A DNA stretch of 55,978 nt from Candidatus Altiarchaeota archaeon (lineage in GTDB: Archaea; Altiarchaeota; Altiarchaeia; IMC4; SCGC-AAA252-I15). This document shows positions 1 to 6,366 of the stretch, piece after piece. The DNA lies in contig JAZDMS010000043.1 in NCBI GenBank assembly GCA_043800705.1, positions 1 through 55,978 of the forward strand, given 5' to 3'. A program made the position numbers and the translations under genes. Every line of letters begins with the position of its first letter. The stretch's first letter is position 1. Below the pieces are notes generated by a model. It made no database searches. It was not told where the DNA came from and saw only the letters and a list, made by a program, of their open reading frames with translations.

Positions 1-73
1 AGGTGCCATCTTCGGCTGCGGCCTCGATGCCACATAAAAAGGGGGAAAATCATAATCATCAAAAACCAAAAAC

Positions 74-144
74 GCGGCTGTAGTCTAGTGGTAGGACTCT
101 AGCCTTCCAAGCTGGAAACCCGGGTTCGAATCCCGGCGGCCGCA
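74..144 (+). tRNA. tRNA-Gly (anticodon TCC), no intron, CCA not encoded
   Basis: Cloverleaf: acceptor GCGGCTG/CGGCCGC plus discriminator A, anticodon arm CTAGC-CTTCCAA-GCTGG, T-arm CCGGG-TTCGAAT-CCCGG. Confidence 0.97.
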
Positions 145-230
145 TCCGGAGAAGTCGAAGCGACGAAAGTCGCACGATCCGCCGGGATGTAAAAAGCAAG
201 CGGGCTTTTTCGAGAATCCCGGCGGCCGCA
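145..230 (+). repeat. ~86-nt hairpin unit ending in a duplicate of the tRNA-Gly 3' end
   Basis: GAATCCCGGCGGCCGCA at 214-230 repeats 128-144; CCGCCGGGAT...ATCCCGGCGG inverted repeat; shares TCGAAGCG...CACGA and GGATGTAAAAA...TTTTTC with the units at 2178, 3909 and 3996. Confidence 0.85.
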
Positions 231-233
231 CAC

Positions 234-349
234 CTTTTCTTTCTTTTTGCGAAAAAGAAAGAAAAGCTGTACCAAAAGAAAGAAAAAGCGGCGCATTCGC
301 CTGATGGCGAATGCACCTGGAATAGATGCACTACCCTGCGGGGTAGGAA
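234..349. repeat. cluster of palindromes (REP/terminator-like hairpins)
   Basis: CTTTTCTTTCTTTTT-GCG-AAAAAGAAAGAAAAG, GCATTCGCC-TGAT-GGCGAATGC and CTACCC-TGCG-GGGTAG. Confidence 0.65.
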
Positions 350-378
350 GAATAAGCAGACCATAGACCCAAGGCTGC

Positions 379-407
379 AGACTTCAACACAGCCCCGTAG
401 TGTAGTG
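379..407 (+). repeat. duplicate of the tRNA-Gln leader and 5' end
   Basis: AGACTTCAACACAGCCCCGTAGTGTAGTG matches AGACTTCCAAAACAGCCCCGTAGTGTAGTG at 520-549. Confidence 0.85.
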
Positions 408-532
408 TTCCAGCGGCTCGCTCCGCTGGCGCGCGCTGCGGATGGAGGGTTCTTCGAACCCTCATGCACATGCACCACATACGTGTGGGAAGAGCAGAAA
501 ACGGAAAACTGGAAACAGTAGACTTCCAAAAC

Positions 533-605
533 AGCCCCGTAGTGTAGTGGCCTATCACAGCCGGCTTTGGACCGGCGAACTCAGGTTCGAATCCTGGCGG
601 GGCTA
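533..605 (+). tRNA. tRNA-Gln (anticodon TTG), archaeal A1:U72 type
   Basis: Acceptor AGCCCCG/CGGGGCT plus discriminator A, anticodon arm GCCGG-CTTTGGA-CCGGC, T-arm TCAGG-TTCGAAT-CCTGG. Confidence 0.97.
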
Positions 606-696
606 ATCAAACGAGGTTCGAACCCTACCCTTTTTTAAGGGTAGGAACCCCGATAATATACGCTGGTTTGGTTCCTTCAAAAGGAGGGGACCAAAA

Positions 697-1059
697 ATGG
701 AAGACGACATACACGGGACGCTCGGAACGCTCAAGTCCCTGAGAAACAACCTAGAGGAGTTAGCGCGTTCCGGAAAGATTTCTCAACAGAACTGCCGTCT
801 GATACTAGACCACGACATAGAACATGAAGTATCAGACGACATATCCCCCGGCCGCAGAAAAACCTACCTGACAGTTTTGAAGGAACTGGCCCTGCTGCTT
901 AAGAAAAAATCCTTCAAGGAAGCAACCAAAAAAGATTGGAATAGTATGCAGGCCACTAAAAAGCGAGATGCATACCTGAAATCAGCAATGGCATATCAAC
1001 CCAGATATCTGTTGATGCTGGGTATCCAGACGTTTTTCGTGACATGTCACATCAACTGA
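697..1059 (+). pseudogene. probable truncated tyrosine integrase (N-terminal SAM-like part only)
   Basis: Lies directly after the tRNA; segment ISPGRRKTYL...LKKKSFKEATKKD resembles archaeal integrase N-termini; no catalytic R/HxxR/Y domain follows. Confidence 0.5.
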
Positions 1060-1261
1060 TGAATAGGAGAGATAAAAGAGACTTAGAACCTACCCAATAG
1101 GCTGGGGTATCCCTCCTTGATATCCATAGTCATCAGGTCTGAGTCTACCGGATAGGCTCTTAGAATAATGGATGAGTTTCGAATCAAAACCATGGGCATT
1201 AATCTCAAAAATGTAACAGCCCCTGCTGGTTATAACCACAAAATTGGAGAAACTGAGGTTA

Positions 1262-1699
1262 TTACTTCAATTTTTGTATTTCTAGATTGTGACCTTTGGC
1301 GTAATCTTTGACTTTATTTTTATGCAGGTGTTCGTCCTCAGTCCAGAAAATCGCTGATTTTGTACTGATTGCCGTGGCAAGGTGTACCGCGTCTGCTGCG
1401 TGTAGGCCGAGTTCGATTTCTAGCTCTCTGGCTAGGGGAATCGTATTTGTTACAGGTATCAGTTTTATCGCACCCAATGTTGATAGTTGGTCTAGTACTT
1501 GGATGTGTTCTTCTATGCAGGATTTTCTCATACCCGCTTTAACGAAGGCCCGAACAACTTCTAAGACAAGCCATTCACTGGCGACAAATAAGGATTTCAA
1601 GTCGCTTATTCTGTTATATAATCCTTGAGCCTCTTTGGTTTTTGGCTCGTCATCTCTGAACCATTTCACAACGACACTAGCGTCAAGACATTCAGTCAT
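1262..1699 (-). CDS. vapC: PIN-domain (VapC) toxin
   Basis: N-terminal LDASVVVKW, LHAADAVHLATA, WTED acidic PIN motifs. Confidence 0.92.
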   Translation of the reverse strand: MTECLDASVVVKWFRDDEPKTKEAQGLYNRISDLKSLFVASEWLVLEVVRAFVKAGMRKSCIEEHIQVLDQLSTLGAIKLIPVTNTIPLARELEIELGLHAADAVHLATAISTKSAIFWTEDEHLHKNKVKDYAKGHNLEIQKLK

Positions 1700-1700
1700 T

Positions 1701-1934
1701 TTATTCTTCTTCGTGTGACCTGATGACGGCTTCAGTCAGACTTGGCAATCCCCGATTCTTCTCCCTCAGCTTCTGCATTTTTCCATCAAGTCGCATCATC
1801 TGGTACCTTCTTACTAAAAGTCTCAATGCCTCGTTCACAGCCTCTGTCCTGTTCCTGAAATATCCCTCCATGACAACTTTGTCCAACTCATGTACTAAAA
1901 CGGGGGTAGTCCTAACGTTCAACTGAGTACTCAT
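1701..1934 (-). CDS. ribbon-helix-helix (CopG-like) antitoxin
   Basis: QLNVR...LDKVVMEGYFRNRTEAVNEALR; immediately upstream of the PIN gene. Confidence 0.85.
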   Translation of the reverse strand: MSTQLNVRTTPVLVHELDKVVMEGYFRNRTEAVNEALRLLVRRYQMMRLDGKMQKLREKNRGLPSLTEAVIRSHEEE

Positions 1935-2099
1935 TATGTATCACCATGTATAACAAATGCAACTCAAGTATAAATACTAAAAACTGAGAGCAGGCACTGG
2001 GTTCACCTTACTTTAAGTGGGGGATTATACGCCTGTTTTTGGCATGTTTCAAGGGCCTATCAAATATCATGTATCCAGTACCGCCAAATTGTTAACCTA

Positions 2100-2177
2100 A
2101 TCATCGCCTTTTTTATATACCTTAACCCTATGGTTGGGTAGGAATCAAACCTAAGACGTATATTCCTGGCGGGGCTA
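2100..2177 (+). repeat. cassette right-end sequence ending in the tRNA-Gln 3' end (attR-like)
   Basis: 70/78 identical by manual alignment to 5625-5702; ends TCCTGGCGGGGCTA. Confidence 0.85.
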
Positions 2178-2266
2178 ATAGTATCACGTCGTAGCGGAGT
2201 CGTCTCACGAGCCGCCAGGATGTAAAAAGCGCGAAGCGCTTTTTTCATAGAATCCTGGTGGGGCTA
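2178..2266 (+). repeat. ~88-nt hairpin unit (copy 1) ending in the tRNA-Gln 3' end
   Basis: Near-identical to 3909-3995; inner hairpin AAAAAGCGC-GAA-GCGCTTTTT. Confidence 0.9.
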
Positions 2267-2412
2267 AACAAAATTTTATGCTTGATGTTCAGTCTATTCC
2301 TCTGTTTTATGGAGTATTTTCAGAAATGGGTTTGGGTCTCAAAAGGGCCCTACAGACGCAGGTTCGAATCCCTACTTCAAGCTTAAAAACAAGTAATATA
2401 ATGAAATAATAT

Positions 2413-3756
2413 ATGGATTCAACCGAATTCGTTAAAAGTTCAAGAGTTCTTAATCCTTTGGAGAGTGGAGTCAGAAGGGGGAAAAACTTCCTAAGCAGTT
2501 TGGTCGGGGCGTTAATTGGCTTATTACTATTTTTCCTTGTGGGACCGGGTCTACTCTTCATGTCGGAGTTCCAGTATACAGCAGAAAATCTGGCTAGGGC
2601 TGTGCCTGCGTCAGTTGGCTCGCCAGCCAACGGGTACGTCTATCTATATGGTATTCCCTCCCTTGTTTTGTCAAATCCCTGCATGCTATTGCCCGAAAAA
2701 CAATGTATTTATTACTCATACACTCAAGAGGAACTATTGGAGAAGACTGGTGTAAAATGCGGTTCAGACGCAAATAAACAGGGTGTAGTAAAAATATCTG
2801 ATGCGTCAGATAAATGCAGGACAAGGACAGTCCGAAAGGGTGGGCAGGATGTTGAGGAGCAGGTATGTGAAAAATGCATTAATGCCAAGTGGACTGAATG
2901 GGGGATAGTTTCTTCCAAAGAGAGCCGCCCGGATTTCAAGCTTGGAGTCAACACTGTGAAAACTCCATCCGCCTCATTCAAGGCCCTCAAAGAGCACTCC
3001 CGTGGAGAGTATACAGAACAGAATCGGAAACTCAGGGAGAAACTGAGTTACATAGATAACACAGACAATGTATTGGCGGTGGGTAATGCTGTAAATGGTT
3101 TGATGACAACCGGTAGTCCGTTCATAGTCTCCACAAAGGACTATGAATCGACAAAAGAACAGGTAAAGACTGAGCAAAGCACAAACTCATTAATAATGAA
3201 GGTCATCGGCTTCCTCGCCATCTTAATCGGCATGATGTTAATCCTAAGACCCATAACCGCGTTCGTCGAGATAGCAGGTGCAATCCCTTTCCTTGGTGAC
3301 ATCTTCATTGGTTTATCCAGCATCACCGGAATGGTCATGTTTGGATTCAGCATAGGTATAGCTATTTTGTTAACTATAGTCTACACCCTGGTTTTCAAGC
3401 TATTACGCATATTCGTTGACAACATAATTGTGGCCGTGGTAATAGGCGCCATAATCGGCCTAGTGACTTTAGTGATAGCATCCAAACTCCTGAGAATGAG
3501 GAAACCCCCACAGAACAAAATAGAAGACGAAGCACAAAAGCCCATGCCACAAACATCTTCAAGTCAACAATTAGTGAACCAGCAATCACAGGAGAGTGTC
3601 TCCCCGGTGAAAGTCGTAAATCCCAAAATGGTAGCCTACGTGTCCAAAGCACTTTCTGAGGGCAAGTCAAATGATGAAATCACAGGGAAACTAAGGGAAA
3701 TAGGCTTATCCGATGAAGAGATAACAACCGCACTACTCCAGGCACAAAACCCATAA
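2413..3756 (+). CDS. membrane protein, TMEM43/DUF1625-like topology, with low-complexity linker and small helical C-terminal domain
   Basis: N-terminal TM ending LLFMSE, large Cys-containing soluble domain, then MKVIGFLAILIGMMLILRPI...IPFLGDI multi-TM block. Confidence 0.6.
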   Translation: MDSTEFVKSSRVLNPLESGVRRGKNFLSSLVGALIGLLLFFLVGPGLLFMSEFQYTAENLARAVPASVGSPANGYVYLYGIPSLVLSNPCMLLPEKQCIYYSYTQEELLEKTGVKCGSDANKQGVVKISDASDKCRTRTVRKGGQDVEEQVCEKCINAKWTEWGIVSSKESRPDFKLGVNTVKTPSASFKALKEHSRGEYTEQNRKLREKLSYIDNTDNVLAVGNAVNGLMTTGSPFIVSTKDYESTKEQVKTEQSTNSLIMKVIGFLAILIGMMLILRPITAFVEIAGAIPFLGDIFIGLSSITGMVMFGFSIGIAILLTIVYTLVFKLLRIFVDNIIVAVVIGAIIGLVTLVIASKLLRMRKPPQNKIEDEAQKPMPQTSSSQQLVNQQSQESVSPVKVVNPKMVAYVSKALSEGKSNDEITGKLREIGLSDEEITTALLQAQNP

Positions 3757-3781
3757 GAAATAATAAAGATATCGCATTTAT

Positions 3782-3836
3782 TTAACACGTGCCAACTAAT
3801 TTCTCTCGAAAATAGATTTTTATTAGCACGTGCTAA
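3782..3836. promoter_or_regulatory. pair of palindromic protein-binding-like sites
   Basis: Perfect TTAGCACGTGCTAA at 3823-3836 and degenerate TTAACACGTGCCAA at 3782-3795. Confidence 0.45.
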
Positions 3837-3869
3837 AGAATATCTCGTACCTTACTATCGGAAGGTGCG

Positions 3870-3908
3870 AGGAATCGAACCACGTCTGTTCGAGTTCTGG
3901 CGGGGCTA
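3870..3908 (+). repeat. cassette right-end motif (degenerate attR-like)
   Basis: AGGAATCGAACC...TTCTGGCGGGGCTA; same layout as 2140-2177. Confidence 0.75.
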
Positions 3909-4082
3909 ATAGTATCACGTCGTAGCGGAGTCGTCTCACGAGCCGCCAGGATGTAAAAAGTCCGCAGGACTTTTTCAAGAATCCTGGCGGGGCTAATCAT
4001 ATCACTTCGAAGCGGAGTCGTCTCACGAGCCGTCAGGATGTAAAAAACTCGAAGAGTTTTTTCATAGAATCCTGGCGGGGCT
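3909..4082 (+). repeat. two tandem ~87-nt hairpin units, each ending in the tRNA-Gln 3' end
   Basis: Units 3909-3995 and 3996-4082; 3979-3999 is an exact 21-bp match to 589-609. Confidence 0.9.
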
Positions 4083-4139
4083 GCCTTCTTTTCTGGGTTC
4101 ATTTGCTGAGGACAGTAAACTGGGGACTGGAGACTTCAT

Positions 4140-4156
4140 GAATCTTGGTAGGGCTA
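4140..4156 (+). repeat. degenerate tRNA-Gln 3'-end copy
   Basis: GAATCTTGGTAGGGCTA vs GAATCCTGGCGGGGCTA. Confidence 0.65.
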
Positions 4157-4158
4157 CT

Positions 4159-4533
4159 TTATTTTACATATTCTACGTTTGGTAGGTTTTTGAATTCTTT
4201 GTCGCCTGTGAGGAATTTTATGTTTCGCTGCAGTGAGATTGTATAGCCTATGCAGTCGACATAAGATAAGTTTTTTTCTTTGTGTTGTTTTTTCAGCTTC
4301 ATTGCCTGTTTTATGATGTCATCTGTTATTTCAACAACATAGCCTTTGAAGACATCGTAGTATCTCTCTGCTGTTTTTTCGTCATGTCGTAGGAGTAGTC
4401 CATAATATAGTTCCATTAGGTTTAGATGGGTGGTGATGACAGCTATGCCTGATTTGAATCTATCATAATCCTTGTTTCCTTTGGCAATCTCGTACAATGC
4501 ATATGTGTCAAAGAAATACTCTTTTATTTCCAC
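4159..4533 (-). CDS. vapC: PIN-domain (VapC) toxin
   Basis: FFDTYALYE, LMELYY, LSYVDCIGY, LTGDKEF motifs. Confidence 0.92.
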   Translation of the reverse strand: MEIKEYFFDTYALYEIAKGNKDYDRFKSGIAVITTHLNLMELYYGLLLRHDEKTAERYYDVFKGYVVEITDDIIKQAMKLKKQHKEKNLSYVDCIGYTISLQRNIKFLTGDKEFKNLPNVEYVK

Positions 4534-4733
4534 CCTTTTCTAACCTCATCCTTAAAGTCCTGACCACTGATACTAGATTTTAAGGTTCCAAAGACCCCCC
4601 CTAAATTAGCTTCTCGAACAACATCGACAAGAATCTTCTCGTTCACTTCAATACCCTTCTGCTTAACATAATCCCTTGGGAATACAACCCCGTAGGAGTT
4701 ACCCCATTTGCGGACAAATACCTCAACAGTCAT
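4524..4733 (-). CDS. AbrB/MazE/SpoVT-type antitoxin
   Basis: RKWGNSYGVVFP motif; overlaps the PIN gene start. Confidence 0.9.
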   Translation of the reverse strand: MTVEVFVRKWGNSYGVVFPRDYVKQKGIEVNEKILVDVVREANLGGVFGTLKSSISGQDFKDEVRKGWK

Positions 4734-4746
4734 AAAAACACCAAAT

Positions 4747-4777
4747 AGTTATATGTATATTATACTTAAATATAACT
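4747..4777. promoter_or_regulatory. inverted-repeat operator / AT-rich promoter of the AbrB-PIN operon
   Basis: AGTTATAT...ATATAACT enclosing GTATA-T-TATAC just upstream of the antitoxin start. Confidence 0.5.
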
Positions 4778-4795
4778 TATCCATACTATTGTGTA

Positions 4796-4833
4796 AGGAA
4801 TCGGACCTTAGATGTATATTCCTGGCGGGGCTA
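4796..4833 (+). repeat. cassette right-end motif (attR-like)
   Basis: AGGAATCGGACCTTAGATGTATATTCCTGGCGGGGCTA; 34/38 identical to 2140-2177. Confidence 0.85.
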
Positions 4834-4899
4834 ATATATCCCTTTGCGGCATGACTGCTCCAGTATTCTGCGAGTCTGTAAATCCGACGGCTTAACCGT

Positions 4900-5244
4900 T
4901 CATATCGTGATGGTGATATTCGGTTTTGTGACCGGATGCATCTCTCGGCCGTTTTTCTTAACGTCTACTAATTTTAGGTGTTTCAGCAGGTTTATGTCTC
5001 GGCTGACGTTCTCCCTTTTCCTCTTCAGTTTTGTGGCCAGTTGGTTTATGGTGTAGTCTCCTTTGCGCATCTCGTGTATGAGGCGTATCCTCTCCTCGCT
5101 CAGGAACTTGGGCACGTCCTTGGGCGAAAGGTAGATTACCTGGTCTGGTTCGTTGTCCGCCAGCTTGGGATTGTCGAATATCCGGTTCACATCCTGGCGC
5201 AGGTCTTCCACTGAGCCGACCCTAACCTCTATTTTTGTTGTCAT
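4900..5244 (-). CDS. winged-HTH putative antitoxin (HVO_A0114-like)
   Basis: LSEERIRLI...TINQLATKLKRKRENVSRDINLLKHLKLV; start MTTKIEV overlaps the upstream stop. Confidence 0.75.
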   Translation of the reverse strand: MTTKIEVRVGSVEDLRQDVNRIFDNPKLADNEPDQVIYLSPKDVPKFLSEERIRLIHEMRKGDYTINQLATKLKRKRENVSRDINLLKHLKLVDVKKNGREMHPVTKPNITITI

Positions 5245-5567
5245 GGTTTCCCCTCTTTTTTGATTCTCTTGTGTTGTTGCTTGTATCGCCGCCAATTCTT
5301 TTCTATGTCGTCCAATGCCCGGTTAAACAATTCCTTGTAGGGCAACCTCGGCATATCCTCCTTCTTCGGCGGGTTCGTGCATAATGTGTCTTTGTGTGCG
5401 TGTCCATGGGCGCAGTCGTATCTTACAACCTGGTGGGGTTCCCCCTCTGTCAGGGTGTAATAGATTACTGCGAAGTCTATGACTTCTCCCCGGCATAGGG
5501 TTATCTTCGTGTATATTTCGTCTTCGCCGTAGACGAGCGGCTTAACCCTCTCAAGAACCCTAGTCAC
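5241..5567 (-). CDS. putative toxin (RYDxxHG..H motif; DUF6516/DUF7718-like)
   Basis: VVRYDCAHGHAHKD; toxin-first pairing with an HVO_A0114-like HTH gene. Confidence 0.65.
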   Translation of the reverse strand: MTRVLERVKPLVYGEDEIYTKITLCRGEVIDFAVIYYTLTEGEPHQVVRYDCAHGHAHKDTLCTNPPKKEDMPRLPYKELFNRALDDIEKNWRRYKQQHKRIKKEGKP

Positions 5568-5595
5568 ATATGTATCATAGTAAGATACATATAAA
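5568..5595 (-). promoter_or_regulatory. operator palindrome overlapping a TATA-like box
   Basis: ATATGTATC-N7-GATACATAT directly upstream of the GTG start; TTTATAT on the minus strand. Confidence 0.55.
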
Positions 5596-5624
5596 TACTC
5601 ATTTTTTGGGGGGGGATAGCCCCC

Positions 5625-5702
5625 ATCATCGTCTTTTTTATATACCGTAACCCTATGAATGGGTAGGAATCAAACCTGGTTCGTATATTCCTGGCGGGGC
5701 TA
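5625..5702 (+). repeat. terminal cassette right end (attR-like); island boundary
   Basis: Matches 2100-2177; GC content rises beyond it. Confidence 0.85.
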
Positions 5703-5752
5703 AATCTGTAGTCGAATTCTGCCATGGTGGGTTGAGGTTGATTCGGGGGCTC

Positions 5753-6300
5753 TCATAGGAGAAATGAAATCCCAATAGCAAGGAAAACCGCAGCAGCGGC
5801 CCTTGTCATGGTCTCCTGTTGATCCTTTCGGATATCATCTTGCCGAAGTATGCGGCCGTCGCCGACAGCGCCATCAAGGCTGTCAGTGCGCCTGCAAAGA
5901 CCATCAACGGGTCGTACTTGGTCGCAAGCAGGCCTGCGGCGATCTGCGTCTTGTCTCCGAGTTCCATCAGGAAGATTATGGTGAATCCTGAGACGAGGGG
6001 GTTCTTCATCTCATTCGTTCCTTCGTCCTTGTCTTTTCCTTCCCGCAGCATGAGGAGGCCGAAGAGGATGAACACGGCCGCCGATGCGGTGCGGATGAGT
6101 TGCATCGGCAGGTGCATGGACAGGAAGGAGCCTGCCAGTACCGCAAGTCCGTCCACGACTGCGAAGGCGAGCATGACGCCAAGGAGCATCCTCAGGCGTT
6201 GCTTCGTCTTGGAGGACATCAGCAGGATCGCTATCTGCGTCTTGTCGCCGAGTTCAGCAAGGCCTACCGCGGCCGCGGTTAGGGGGAAATCGTTTATCAT
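5753..6300 (-). CDS. GDT1/TMEM165 (UPF0016) Mn2+/Ca2+ transporter, frameshifted near 5812
   Basis: Two ELGDKTQ motifs; ORF stops at 5806 but the last TM helix (TMTRAAAAVFLAIGISFLL*) continues in another frame to 5753. Confidence 0.88.
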
Positions 6301-6366
6301 GGGTTTATTGTGGTGGAACGGTCGCTTTAGTAGTTGTTGGGTTCGGGCGGCGAGGAATAATTGGAA

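Larger units (their letters stand above)
606..5702. mobile_element. tRNA-Gln-anchored island / tandem cassette array
   Basis: More AT-rich than the flanks; eight downstream copies of the tRNA-Gln 3' end, the last ending at 5702; integrase-like remnant; three TA pairs. Confidence 0.85.

Noticed and set aside
391-480. Split or intron-containing tRNA-Gln
   Set aside because: No bulge-helix-bulge or complementary partner half recognised, and an intact gene follows
2359-2375. Possible extra tRNA at CAGGTTCGAATCC
   Set aside because: No acceptor, D or anticodon arms can be formed; treated as a cassette-end motif
2161-4082. CRISPR array interpretation of the repeated units
   Set aside because: The sequences between repeats are homologous to each other, the repeat is a tRNA 3' end, and no cas genes are visible
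2060-4102. ORFs 2060-2248 and 3833-4102 (and 59-529) with the shared ARETTPLRRD peptide
   Set aside because: Antisense translations of the hairpin repeats or tRNA; variation preserves base pairing, not codons
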